Notes: generated by a model not told the origin, from the sequence alone. Shown: positions 25,101 to 40,100, counted from the first letter of the stretch. The stretch is 64,000 nucleotides of DNA from Ostrea edulis (GCF_947568905.1 NC_079165.1:10664001-10728000); one strand, 5' to 3'. A program made the numbers and translations.

Positions 25101-28100
25101 AGTCTACTGAATTTCTTGTAGCATAATTCATACTGACATTCCTGATTTTGAGCAAATTTATACATATTTCTTGTTCCATTAATGACATTCCACAATTTTT
25201 AGCAAATATTGAATTTATTATATTTACAGAGTTTACATTTTTCACCTTTTTGGACTTTTTCCAACATAGATAATTATGTAGTCAATATCTGTTCAAAACA
25301 AATGAATACAGATTTTGTCTTAGTATGTTGCATGAATGAGTGTGTTTTGTGAGGCATTAAACCTGCATTAGGATTTTTATCGGAATTCAAAAGTACAAAA
25401 ATTAAATTTTCTGAAGTCAGTTTATGAGAAAACATTGTTTTATAGATTTGTTATCAGTGAACTAGTTTGTCTACCATGAAGGAATAACAAGTCTTATTAA
25501 CTACCTCTACTGTTACACAGAAATGTTTGATGTCTTTTTGAGTTTGCATGAAAGAAATGTCATCTACTATGCAGATATTGACAAATAAATAATTTTTAAA
25601 TATTGCTGACGTGCATGTTAATTCTTTTCTGGTCAGACTTGGAGTCTGGGGCACCTTGCAGTTGTGAGAAATATGAGGCCATCAGCTTACACTGTTTCAC
25701 TGCAGTATGGAAAATAATGACAATAGAAAATTTAATCTTTAAACTAAATAAATTATGTTCCTCTCTTATTTAATTGAAGCAATATCACATTGCACCTTTG
25801 TTTGGTTGCAAATGGGTTTATTTTGCTCTGATGGCAAGTTGCATGACAAATGGGCAAGCCTTCTTGTGTATGAATGCAAATTTTTCATTGAAAACAGTTA
25901 TTATTTTCCATTTGCTTTGATGTCAAACATCTTTTGTCAAATGTGCAATATTTTGGACAGTGTGTCCCACCCCTGAGGTTTCCCTGGTGATGTGCTTCAC
26001 CTGAGATACCTTGATGACACTCAAGATTAATGTTCACCTTATCAGAGCCTGGGTCACCCCACAATTCTTTTCTTCTACAGGCAGTCTATACAATGTAAAT
26101 TGAAATTTAAGTAAACTTTTTCAATTATTGTTAGATCATTATCCCCATCTGAGAGTGAATATTGTTCACAACTGTGTGACATAGCACGGAATTGACTCTG
26201 CACACCTGAGTGATATTTTATTATGATTAACCACCAAAGCCTAGGCCATAAGGTGTATTTATGTACACAATCTGCCTTTTAATGTAGTTGGGGATATTTA
26301 GATTTTGTTGCCTGGATATGAATCATCAAAGGGGTCCCCCCCATCTAAAAATATTTTGAGGCTCTAGAGGAATGGGTCTATTTAATTGTTCCTTGAGGCT
26401 CTAGAGGAGGGGGATTCAGGCTTGTATTTCGTCTGCATAATATCATGTTGAACAGGAAAATTTCTTCAGGATATGCTGATAGGCATAAACTCAGTGGAAT
26501 GCTGATAAATCATATCAATTGAAGCATGTTTAGGAATGCATACAAGGTATTTTATAAAAATTGTAGATGTCACCTTTCAGAGCCTCAATGAAGTCAAAAG
26601 TTGTATGTTCAGTCAAGAGATTAAGACAATGGATAAATGGAGATATATCTTTATGTCTTTATAAATATCAGGCCCGTCAGGACTATAATCATTGACTCTT
26701 GAAAAAAAAAACAATGCTTGGACGCCCAGGGATTTAGATGATATCACAACACAATGCCAAAACAGCTGAGCAGATTAGCCAGGGATAAAGAAATGAAAAG
26801 TTTTTGAAGAGAGGCGGAGAACCCTAACATTATGAATGATTTGACAATGTATGAGAACATGTACTGTACAAACAATGATATTTATTCTAGAGTGTATAGG
26901 CATTTCAGAGATTAAGACTTCCTAAACAGGAAAAAAAAAAGATCAAAGATTATCAGATAAGGAAAGAATTTAACGAATACACACAGAGCGATTTGTTGTA
27001 AGTCTATTTAATTGACATATCAATTAATGAATGGGTTATAAGGTTATGTTTATGTTGTATTTAACAATGATACATTGTTATTGAGGTTTTATATTAAGCT
27101 TTCCAACTATGTGGCTATGAGGCTCTAGATGGTAAAATGCATGTCTCTATGTAATACTGCATATACACTGATGTGGTTTGGGAGTATAATTCATTTTTGC
27201 TCAATTTTCTTGAACAGATTTATAAACAAGTTTTGTTTTGTTTTTTACAATATTGTAAACACATCTTTTCTCTCAATATTTCAGCACACACTTGTTCTAG
27301 GCAGTTTTTTTTTTTATTTCTAGATGAAATGGTATATTACACTTGTCTTGCATGGAAGTTTACACTTTTACTTGTAAAAACAAGACTAATGCATTAATCT
27401 TTGGTTTGACTGGTTGTAGAAACAAGTCTTACAGAGTTATCTACCTTTTCCTGTGTTGGTGTTTTGTATACAAACTAGATTTTCACTAAAGTTTTTTTTT
27501 TAATACATGAGTTTTTGATAAATGCATGAAAATATAAAGTTTAACTTTTATGAGCATGTATAATTCTGATATTTTCAGCAAATATTTTGTTTTCATTTTT
27601 TGGTGTGTGATATATCTGATATACAAATACAGGTATAACTATAATGGGGAAAATTGAATTTAAAGAAAGTGCATAAAATGTATGAGATGTTTTCTGGACT
27701 AAAAAAGATCTATGAATTTTATATCTAATGTAGAAAAAAAGAGTTATCTTTTCAAAGATTAGTTTGATCTTAAATAATGAGAAATGCAATAACAAAAAAG
27801 ATCAAATAATTTTTATAAATGATTTTTTAGTACCACCAAGCATCCTCAGCTTCCCTGAGAAGATCACGATACTAGAGGGAGAGGAGGTGTCCATCGTTTG
27901 TAAGATAGAGGGAGTGCCCTCCCCCAAACTCTCCTGGACTGTCGAGGACAAGGAGCTCATCCCAGATCAACACCACCTGTTGGAGGTCATCGATGACACA
28001 GTGGTCCTCAAAATCCCACAATGCACTGCTGATGATGAGGCCATCTATGTTCTGAAGGTCGAAAACCCAGCAGGCAGCGATACAGTGGCCATTCCTGTCA

Positions 28101-31100
28101 AAGTTGAGGGTAGGTTTTTACTCCATCTTAAGGAGGAATACCACACAAGAGAAATTTGATATGGATGAAAAGTGGGGGATATGTACAAAATATTTCAAAT
28201 TTAATTTTTTAGTTGAAAATTACACTTATTGCAGAAAGTAATCTGAAAAAAATTTAAAACTTTTTCTGGACTTGAACCCGCAATCTACCGATCAGCAGTC
28301 GACACATTAACTGACTGAGCTACTCAGCTAGACAAAAGGAATATATAAATATTGCTGATATTCATATCTTTATTCATGTTTTAAAAGGACATCAGTCATA
28401 TGAGGATGTAGTATATTCCTCCTTGAGATTTACATTCTATCACCAGTGAATTAGATTATGGATTACTGCTGAGCTTCAACACTTGATCAAGTGTTTGATT
28501 GAAAACATTAATATGTATATATACACTGTACATGTATTGAAATAAGAAAAAGAATTATTTTGATTTATGTATATTTACTTGTAAAATTTCAGATGAATTT
28601 AGCTTGTTTTCCTACAGTCTAGTGTGTAGTAAGTTATGATGAGTTCAGAATTTCATTGATTAACTTAATCATTGTAATCAGAGTGTTCTCTGACCTGTTC
28701 ATAATCCAGAAAATAATTTCACTTTTGCTCTAGCTGTCATTGGGAAGCCCTTTACCTTGATAGAGTGCACCTGCTAACAGTACTTAGAGAATTTCCTTCA
28801 TGCACAATTATGCACATCATTAGCATATAATAAATCATGGTTCTAAAGGTTAATTAGATGAATTGTGTGTAATCTGACAGGTCTGTGTACAGGCAGATAT
28901 TGTCTATTTTTAAAAAGTGTTGGGAAATTTAAATACTGAAATAGAATCTCATTATCTTTTACGATTTAGTGTTCTGAAGAGACTTTCTTGTCGTAGTCTT
29001 TGTTTCAACTTCCAGCATGACAAGCTTAAGGTCATCAAAGACAGTTACTTCTGTGGGCAAAACATTTAATTTTTTTTTCTAAAAGTGAATTACTGAACTA
29101 TGCAAATGGGGACAAATGGGACTTTTCATGAAAAAGAGGCTTTGAAAATTATTAAGATTTATTGTGTTGTGTTTAAAATCAGGAGGGCGGTTTTAGATTA
29201 GACAAACCTCTTCAGGATTATCAGCTGCAGTTGAAAAGATAATAGAAGATTGCATATTGTTTCTTATGTCATGTGGGTACTTGAAAACTTTAAAATCAAT
29301 ACCTGCTAGGAAAACTTGGAGATGCCTGCTGTGAGCAGAGCTTTAGACCCCAGAAACTTAAACTGCGGATTATTTACAATTCCAAGCACATTTAGTACGA
29401 GGAATCGAAAGAATGATTAGCAGAGTATAGTGATGGCGAAAGAAAATTGACAGTTGTCTGTTTAAAATGATTGTAAACAATAAAATTGTTTTTATTGAGA
29501 TTTTGCCAAAGAAAGGTTTAAGAAGTTACAACCCTCCCAAACCAATTGGGTTATCTTAGGAGATTTACAGGACCTGTGTTCACAAGGAGGCTGTACTTTA
29601 ATGTTTGTTCAATATTACTTGGGTATAAGCTCACTTGACTTCAGTTATTTGAAGGACTTACCAATTGCATCACGTAATTTATTCAGATGAGGAATTTTAA
29701 ACCTATTGTTATCAGGTGTTAAATCTGTAGCAGAATTTTTAAATCAATTTTTTCTTCGATTTATATTCCTTGTGTGATGGGAGAAGATTTCAAAGGCCTT
29801 CTTGATAGCAGTGTTGACTTTGAATCCTTTTTCTTGTTTATATTAGTCGTGGCGATCAGGATTTAATCAGTGGTCAGAGATCGATGATGACCGCATTTTT
29901 TGAACATTACCTGGTACACTGTCCTGTTAGTATACTGTGCGTCTTCACTTACGTGATACAGGAATGATATACTCAGGCTTATGACAGTTACCCCATTAAC
30001 CTTTATTGCTGTGATGATGCACATGGATATAAAGTGAATAAAACACGGGTCAGAAAATTGGTGGAGGATCCCATCCTCCTTAAAGATTCAGAAAGTGAAA
30101 CTAGTTCAATGATCTGAGAAGTGTTGCAGTCTGATTTGAGTTTAATACACTGGAATTAAAAATGACAATTTTAGGGAAAGCTTATATATTGATTATCAGC
30201 AGTTTAAGGATTGAGGATTTAGTTCTGGAATATGTTAATTATGGTAAGGTATTTCTTGAAATAAATAAATACTGACCAGTTATCTGTTCTAGAAGGAGAA
30301 AACAAATGGAAAAACATGTACTTTACCATTTTACACTTTTTTTTTGTTATGATTATTTTTATCTGAAAAGTAGCCATACATGTATGTTCTACCATTCCCA
30401 GGAATCTTAATTATCTTCTCTAAAAATAAACATAAACACCACCCCTTATCATCCAAAAAATTATCAAATTTCAAAAAACATGGGCCATTAAATGGTTTTG
30501 TTATGTATATATACAGGGTGTGAGATGCCAGTCTGTATAGGTGTATTTCATGTTTCATCGCCTATCAGCGTGGCGTCTGATCAGTGCAAATTAGTGAGAA
30601 CTCTCCTATATGTTTCTTCTTTAATATCCTCTCCTCACATCAGCAAGTTCATTAACTGCAGATACTGCTTCCCATCAACCTCTGTAATTAAATTCACCAC
30701 CAGGGGGATTTACCCAAATCTCAGTGAAAGTTTACCACTGGAGAGGTACCTAAGTGTATCTAGACATGGGCTGTTTAAAGCAATAATATGAAACGAAGTT
30801 TTAAAAACACAATTTGCTTGGTTGTTATGCATATTTTAATACATTCGAATCGGTAGCTCACAAGTTTTGTCATGTAGGTAATTTGATAAGATTCAGCTGC
30901 TTTTTTTCACCGGAATTGGAAAAATATGCATTAAAATGTCTCAGTCAACAGCACATTAACGGTTTTATAAACATTTGGAAATATTTATTGCATATTAAGT
31001 CCTTGGAACATAGATTTTTTATGATTTGGATGTACACAGTGTTTTGTCCAGTGTTTTGTCCGAGCATTCAAGTGTTTGTTAATAATCATGACCATGAACC

Positions 31101-34100
31101 AAATAGTGATAATAATAGATACCATAATTTGTTGCTTTTGAATGCTATGCCTACTCTGAGCTTTCTAAACTCCACATAATTACAAACACACCTTACTATT
31201 AAATACAACCAGTATATACCACAGCATATAGAATATTCAAGAAGACAACATCATATTTCAATGTAGTATTTATTTGGATTTATTTATTTTGTTGGTATGA
31301 ACTAAGACAAAAAATTGAAGCCACTTTGCTCATTCATATTTAATGCTACCTTGCAAAAAGTTTGATAGATATAAAAGGTCAAGGTCAACAAAGAGGAAAT
31401 TAAAGAGGTACACATGAATCACAAGGGGGGGGGGGGGGGGGGCACTTTATGACCTTAGTTTATTTACATGTGCATTGCAAGGAAGTGAATTATTTTGAAT
31501 TACACAAACTAATTAGTATTTGAATGACCTTTTTCAGGAACTGAGAAAGTTGTTAAGACGAAGGATACAGCTATCATCACACCGGAAGGAAGAGCTCCAG
31601 AATTCGTGCTTCGCATCAAGACAGAAAAGGTAACTACTCGAGCATGCAGGGCCAGGTGATTAGTACGCAGAAGTCAAGGGAAATAACTCAGTTTACGATA
31701 CTCGAAGAATTTATTCCCTACAAGTTCTTTACAGGACACTGTCACAATTTTTAATTATATTAAGATCAGTAATTTTCATGGGGATTGAACTTTTGTTAAT
31801 TCTATGGGATAGACACATATCCATAGATTCAAAACTTCAACAGAGCATGGAACTTCCATAAACAACATTAGTAGTGAACTGTAAATATCAAGCTCCTACA
31901 GAGAGTGGAACTTCCATAAACAACATTAGTAGTGAACTGTAAATATCAAGCTCCTACAGACATGCTATTTTTTCCCAAACCACAGAAATATTACACTTTG
32001 AAAATAAGTGATTCTACAGGAATAGAAAATTTCATCAACAACAAATTCTTACTGTCTCTAGGCACCTAATCCTACCTCTGGAGTTTCCAGGGGTCCATGT
32101 TTGCCCTAATCTCTGTTTTGTATTCTTTATAGGTTTTATAAGATTGGTCACTGTTCATTATCTTCATTTTTTTCATCTTATTCACCTCAGGTTGAGGAGG
32201 GTGAACTCGCTGATTTCACATGTGAGGTGGTAGGTACCCCCAAACCCCAGCTCAACTGGATCTACAATGGCCGCCAGCTGGTGGATGATGGAAGATATGT
32301 CATCTTTGAGGATGACGACGTGAACCATTTACAGATATACGACATCAAACCGGAGGACGCAGGAGAATACAGGGTACAGGCAGAGAATGAACACGGCCAA
32401 GTCAGCTGTTCAGCCGAACTACAGGTGGAAGGTATGAACACAAAACAAGACCATCAGTTCTAAGTGTGTGATACAGTATGTGTTATTTTCTCTGTTTGAA
32501 TGTTTTATCTTCATGCATTTAATTCTGAATCATTATAAAGTATGATCAATGGAAGATATTCAAAGACACTCTTTTCAGCGTTTCCTTATTTAGATGTCTA
32601 TTGATGTGATAGATTTTGTTCAGTCTTTTCATTGTAATATGTTATATGATTGTGTGATGTGAGAAAAATTACGATTTTATTTAGCTCTGCCGGTCCAAGA
32701 AGAAGTGACAGAACTAGAGGCTCCTAAGTTTGTTGTGGAGATTCAGACGTTAGAGTCCAGTATTCACGACAAAGCCAAATTCACTTGTAAAGCTACTGGC
32801 AAACCAACTCCAGGAATCCTCTGGTACAAAAACGACAAGGAAATCTCCAAAACTGACAACAGATTCACTATTCAGTTCGAGGACAAGGGAGAGTCTTCCT
32901 TGCTTATAGTAGATGTCCTACCCGAACATGACGGTACATACACAGCCGAAGCTAAAAACCCGGCGGGGACAGCCAGATGTAAAGCGGAGCTCTTCGTGGA
33001 AGGTAAGGGGCACTTGTTGTTTCTAATGGTGTGCTTCAAACAATGATTTCTTCCGTTTCAAGAATCTGAAGGATATGTTGCACATTACAGAACCAAAAGA
33101 AGACAAACCGTCCATTCCTGAATTCATCAAAGTTCCAGAACAGATTGTTGCAAGGGAACGTGACCTTGCACAATTCATTGTCAAGGTCATTGGTACACCT
33201 AAGCCCACAGGTCAGTGACTTCTGAATTTCTGTGTGTTTGGAATACCCCAGTTTTCTGGCACTTTTGTGCATTTTAAAATGTTTACTGTAATCATGCTAT
33301 AAACCATTGAGTTATTTAAAAAATTCTTCAAAATTGACACTTTTTCAATCTCCTTACAATCAAGTTGCATTGCATAGAAAAAGCAGATAAAGATATGAAT
33401 AGAGTAAGTGAGAAGAGACTAGGTTAGCACAACAAATGTTCTAATTTTCTTACAAAAACACCAGAATTGTTGGATAGATTATAAATGTTATTTTAAGGAA
33501 CTTTCTGAATTGAGGAGTACCTTATTCTAGGTCCAGGGATTGTTTATAGGTGCACTTAATGGGATGAATATGGCATATTTTTTTATCAGTTCTCTGGAAG
33601 AAGGACAACATGGTTTTAGAAGATCTTGAACTTTACCACTTTGAGAAATACGAGGACACATACTGTTTTGAGATTAAGACTGTAGAGACAGAAGATGCTG
33701 GAGTTTACACCTGTGTGGCCAAAAACACAGAAGGGGAGGCAACCTGTGACATTCCACTCGTAGTCAATGGTCAGTACACATCTGTACACAGGACTGTCAA
33801 TTCTTAGTCAGAAGTACAGAAATGTATTGTAATATAACGGTAAAAACACTGCACCAAGTACACATCTGTACACAGGACTGTCAATTCATAGTCAGAAGTA
33901 CGACGGTAAAAATACTACACCAAGAAACAAAACAGCTTTCAATAGGACCTTACAAGAAATTGTGTTGATAATTCTTATAATATGGGCAGTATCTTATAAA
34001 GTTGACTTTTTGACAACCTGAGTGTGATTGTAATGTGATTGACCGTTGTCCATTTACAGAGATCAGAAGAGACCAGAGACTCTCAGAATCTCCGCTAGTC

Positions 34101-37100
34101 CTACGACACCAAGACTCCTCACAGGCACCAGAGTTCACCGAGGTCTTTGACACCTGTGTAAGTGTATTTTTTCACTCAAATACTAATAAGGGATATACCA
34201 CTGCTATGATTATGAAATTTTCACAAGCACTGCAACATTGTGAACTCTGGATGAAAATTCTAGTTTCACCATCTGATAGACTTTGGTGGAAACCACGTGG
34301 ATACTTCATGTTTTCATCAGGTTTCCAGCATATATTTTCTTTGTAAAATATTTTATTTTAACAATATTCCATATTGGAAGATTACTATGCCCTGGATTCT
34401 GAAGTGTCTCCTTGTAGGAAGACCTAGAAAGTAGGAAGATTCCTGAAAACACATGTAGTTTCTCAAAATCATACCCTAGTTTGTACTTTCTCTTTGAGAT
34501 AATTAGAGAGCAGCTGTTTTTAATTGTCTAAATCTGAACTTTTGCAGACTGTCATGGAGGATAAGCCGTTGTCCTTGATGGCAAAGGTGACCGGAACTCC
34601 TCGTCCAGAGGTCATGTGGTACCGTAACAACAAGGAGCTGGTGACCACGCCCAATGTCAAGCTGTCTTACGAGGATGAAACATGCTCGCTCATCATCAAG
34701 AAAATGACAATGGATTTGGAGGGAGAGTACAAATGTGTGGCTAAAAACCCTGCTGGTTCCTCCGATATCGCTGCCAAGGTCATTGTGGAAGGTAAGCACA
34801 TCAATTTTATATCCTGTGTTGCCAGTTATGAATCACTGTTAATTTTCCCATTATTATCAGCTGTATCTGAAATCTTTTTTCATGTAAATCACTGTACAAA
34901 AAGCACTTGAAGCATGATTTCAACAAATATCACTCTTTATAATATGTATAAAAAAAAAAAAAAAAAAAATTCTATTAATATTGAATGTATCTGATGTTCC
35001 ATGTGCTTTCTAACAATAGAATGTCTGTACTAGTCCAATATTTGTCCATTTCAAATCTTGAAGACAATGTTTTGTGTGCATATTGAAGAAAATTGCATCT
35101 TGAATTTTAGAGCAAATGAATGATTGCCGTATGTTGTACCTCGTTCATTTTTCTTCTTAACTAACTGTGTGAATTCTCGAGATCTGTGGAATTGCGATGC
35201 TATTTGTAAGGCAGAAAACTCTCGTTTGAAAGAGACCGATTTCGTCTCCTCTATCAGTCACTATTTTATCCTCCGTTTCAGATGAGTACACCTGGTTCTG
35301 TTATTTCACCTCTGATAGTAAGTCACACACAAGTTATCTGGAGAAAAAAAAATACTTATCAAAAACATCTACCTGGAAGAGTAACAGAGGCCATTTATAA
35401 AATATCTAAATTTAATGCTTTTATCATATACAAACTGATACATTTTTACCTGTATTTATGAAAATATAAGTTTATATGAAATACTTCATAACCACATTTT
35501 CTGGTTACAGAGAAACCGTTTTGGTATTTTTCACCTGTGCATCGTAAGTTGTTGAAGGTTCAAATGATTAATATGCAAAAATGCAAAAAGAAAAATTAAT
35601 GAATTATATAAAAGAATCTCTGGAGATTTTCTGGGAAGATTAATATATTAAAGTTTGGTGTCCACTCTTTCTCTCTGCTTTAACACAGAGTGGCTTATTG
35701 CCTTCAGTATGCATTCTGTGATATTCCATATTTAGCCGTAAAATTTATCTCTGCTTTTTTTGTTATCAGAAGTATCGATGTATCGTTTAATCAAATATAA
35801 AGTGATATGATTCATTATTCCCATAGTTTTAATACAGAGAAGTAGACAAACTAAATGTCTTTGAGAGCTAAACAATTACAAACATATTTCTCCAGAATAT
35901 ACCTGTGTATTAGTTGTGTATTCAGAATACCTTACAACCTCACTGTATTGACTGAGAACAAAATTGCATGCTTATTTTCTTCAGGCTGTGATTGTTGAAA
36001 TGTACAATGTGTATTTCTTGTGCATGCAAAAATGATCTTTTCTAAGGGCAGTAACTCTTGCAGCATAACACATTTGTAAGGCATATTGGTTTTCTATTGG
36101 CCACACATATATTTATGTTGTGATTTGCATGAGTGATTTTAGTATTTAGAACAGGTGATGTTTAACAGGTGGATAGAGGGCTGGTAACAGCATGGGATGC
36201 AAATTTTGTAGATACCTACCCATAGAATACACAAATGTGTGCATATCTATTCAGCACAATATTTTTTTCCATTTTGTATTATACCGGTTTTTTTTAGATA
36301 CCAATGATTTATGTTGTAGTGCAGATTATTTTATTTGCTTTAAAATGTTCATCAGAAAGTATCTCATTGATCATTCATTACATCATTTTGTATCTATGCC
36401 AGTTGAAATTAAGATTTTCATGCAAATGCATGTATCTACATTAATATCGGTTGGTAGAGGCTAATTACTGTTGTGAATGGGTTTTCCAGGAAGGGCGGAG
36501 ACTCCCATCTTCTCCCGCAAACTCAACAACAGAGAATGCAAGGAGGGCCGACCAATCAAATTTGAGTGTGCTGCTAAAGGCATTCCTCAACCTGAAGTCA
36601 CATGGTAAGTCAATCAAAATTACATCACCCAATCAGAATTGATATAGGGTGGTCAGGGACACACTTTGAGTTTCTTGTGAAGGTGATACTTGTACAAGGT
36701 AATTTAGGGCATCCAGAAGGGGGCGGGACCATCAAGTCTCTTAATTGTAGAAACAATTATACTTAATTTCGAAAACATTAGTTGTAGCACAAAGTGAATT
36801 GGAGTAACCATTACGATTTAGTGGAAGGATATTCAGTATCTAAGTCCTTGAATTCTTAATCTACAAATTAATTGAGAACAGCGTATTCTGTAAATATCTT
36901 CTATAAAGATGTTTTTTAAAATTACTTTGTTTCTAATGTTGGTTTGTCCTTTCCCTCAGGTACTTGAACAACCAGCCGGTGGAGGCGGGCCTACGTTTCC
37001 ACACCGATGTTCGTAAGAGTTACGCTGACGTGGTATACAGCCTCAGCATTGACAACTCCGAGGTGGAGGATGCTGGTGAAGTCAAAGCTATCGCTCACAA

Positions 37101-40100
37101 CAAAGCTGGAGAAGCTGTCACCATTGCCAAACTCATTGTGGAAGGTAAAGTCCCATCAAATGAAAACTCATAAACCACTCCAATGATAGGAATGATGATT
37201 CAAGGCGCAGGACAGGTTTGAAGGTTTTGATTTCAGTTTTTCTGATGAAGAATTGTTACTTTTACAGAGAAAAAAGAGGCTCCCAAATTCATCAAAAAAC
37301 TGGACAATGTGGATGTTGTGGAAAAGGGTACTGCCGTACTGGAAGTGGAGGTCTCAGGAAAACCCAAGCCACATGTCAGCTGGTGGGTTCTTTTATCATT
37401 TAGATAGATGTAATTGATGATTGCAATTAACAAACTGAAATAGCTTTGCAATGTATCACGATGTTCTCTCCTTTATCAGATTTGCCTATAAAACTGAAGT
37501 AGCATGTATATTTTCATATATCTATCTCTTATGATAATGTTGGAATGATTTATTTTTTCAGGCTTAGAGCAGATAAGGAACTTAAAGAGAGTGATCAAGT
37601 GAAGTTTGAGGTAGAGGAGAAGGTCCACAGAATGATCTTGAACTCTGTGACCCCATCTGATGCTGCCCTCTACACTGCCAAGGCCCATAACACAGCTGGA
37701 TCTGTATCCTGCAATGGACGAGTCAAAATTCAACGTAAGTATTTTTTCGGTAGATTTACTCCAGAAGAGAGAACACAAAACTGAAGTCCAATGATTTGTT
37801 CAGGACTAATGACATATATATAATTAATTTTCAGCTGCCAGACGTCCTTCCATCCAGCCCAGGAAGATGTCAGACACTTTGGTACCAGAAGATGGACAAG
37901 TCACATTCGAGTGTAAAGTGGAAGGTCTTCCACTTCCTGAGGTTAAATGGTAAGGCATCACTTCCATGTAGATTTTTTTTTTTCAACTTGTATTTCCTGC
38001 AAGTTCAAGAAAGGTAATGAAAGCAGATGAAAATACAGTATTTGGTAGAGGATATCCCCACAATTTTTATGCCCCCCTTCAAAGAAGAGGGGAATATTGC
38101 TTTGCACCTGTCAGTCGGTCGGTATGTCGGACGGCCTGTAGACTACATATTGTCCGCTCAATATCTTGAGAACCATTCACTTGATCGTAATGATAATTCA
38201 TATGTGGGTTGTTTATGAGTAGAAGAGGACCCCTATTGTTTTTCAGGTCAAAGGTCAAGGGTCAATCTACCCTGGACATAGGAAGACATTGTCCACTCAT
38301 TACCCCTATTGATTTTTAGGTCAAATTGGACATAGGAACACATTGTCCATTCAATATCTTAAGAACCCTTTGCTTGACAGACATCAAATTTGGTACACTG
38401 GTACATGTTCAGGAGAAGATGGCCTCTATTGATTTTGAGGTCACATGGTCAAAGTTCAAGGTTTAAACTGGACATAGTAATATATTGTTTCCTATATTTT
38501 AAGAATTAATTGCTTGATTGACACCAAACTTGGTACACTGGTACAACATAAGAAGTAGATGACCCCCGTTGATTTTTAGATCACATGGTCAATCCACTCT
38601 TGACAGGATGATATTGTTTGCTCAATATTTTGAATTGGTGATACTACTATCAATTAAATGATGCATGTGTATAACCCTTTTCAATTTTGCACCATGGGGA
38701 GCATATATGTGTTACAAACATCTCTTGTTTCCCTTCAGGTTTATCAATGATAAGGAGATTGAGGAAGGAGAAGATGTCCATTTGACCTTCAATCGCCGTG
38801 ACAGTACTTATTCCCTGGTCATTGACAAAGCCTCTGCTGAGTTACAGGGTACACTGAAAGCCGTAGCTGTCAGTAATGTGGGAGAGGATCTCGTTACTGC
38901 AGAACTAGAAATCCGAGGACAAGCACCTGTTTTCTCTGAAGTACCAATCAAGTGCACAATCCTGGAAGGTAAGTCATAGATACAGCATATGTTATTAAAA
39001 GTTAAAGGTTACATTAGAGGGACAGGAAATGCAGTATGTTGGATGAACATATTTAAATGAAAATATATTTTCCAGGAAACACTGCCATATTCCGTTGTAA
39101 AGTGAATGGTGAACCCACTCCAGGAATCCAATGGTCAAAAGGAAAGTGGAACAAGCTCAAAGATGGTGGTCGCTACAAGATTTTCCAGGATGAGACCACA
39201 GGGGAACATGTTCTAGAGATTGCAGACATCAAAAGGAAAGATGCTGGTACCTATTTAGTGAAGGCAACCAATGAGCATGGCAGCTCGGATGCTCCGGCTA
39301 CACTGATTGTGACGGACAAACCTGAAGAGGCTGAGGACTGGATGGCTAGACTCAAACATAGGTAACATATCTGTCACAGGTTAAACAAATATAATAGGGA
39401 GTTCATGTAATATCAGGAAAATTTTGATAACATTAACCACAGAGTTAAGGATTGTATGCCTGAATTTGCAGAGAAATAGAGAAGAAGGAAATCCCTGAAG
39501 AAGAACTCATACTACCAAGTCTGAAGCACGTAGAACAGGAAGGGAAACCTGAAGAGAAGAAGAAATACAAACCAGATGCCAAAGACATTGAAGAACCATC
39601 AGAATACGAGATCGTGTTCAAGAGGAGACAATCACAGGTGATTATAGAACTTCATTCTAAACTTTTACTTTCTTTGATAAAAAAAATTGACACAGAATAC
39701 AGACTTGTTATTATGACTCTAGGTAACTGTGTATATTGAAACACCAGTAGATATTAACTTTTTCTGGCAACTCATTTCAGATGCTAGAGAGGGTTTCAGA
39801 GGAAGTGCAAGAACTGGCTAAAAGAGAAAAACCAGAAAAAGAGGAAACTCCTGCCAAGAAAGAAGAAGCACCAAAGGAAGCTGGACCAGACGAGGTGGAC
39901 AAAGGATCGTACCAGCGTGCACGTCACGAGGCTGAGCTGGAGGAAGCAGAGGAGACCATGCTAACCATCCCTAAAGCTCAGTGGAAGGTCGTCAGACCAC
40001 TCAAGGACATGGCTGTGACTGAGACTGAGGAAGCAGTGTTCGAGTGTGAATTCAATGTTCCCAAAGTGAATGTCACGTGGAAGGTCAATGGTGAAGAGAT

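Noticed and set aside
26690-26810. Possible RTE/LINE C-terminal relic (LGRP; QLSRLARDK)
   Set aside because: Two short motif resemblances in different frames are too little to call an element.
28262-28333. Functional tRNA gene
   Set aside because: A and B boxes are present but acceptor and anticodon stems are degenerate; kept only as a SINE-like relic.
30175-30243. 69-nt open window GKAYILIISSLRIEDLVLEYVNY with a GTAAGG donor
   Set aside because: Weak acceptor context and no clear domain match; likely chance.
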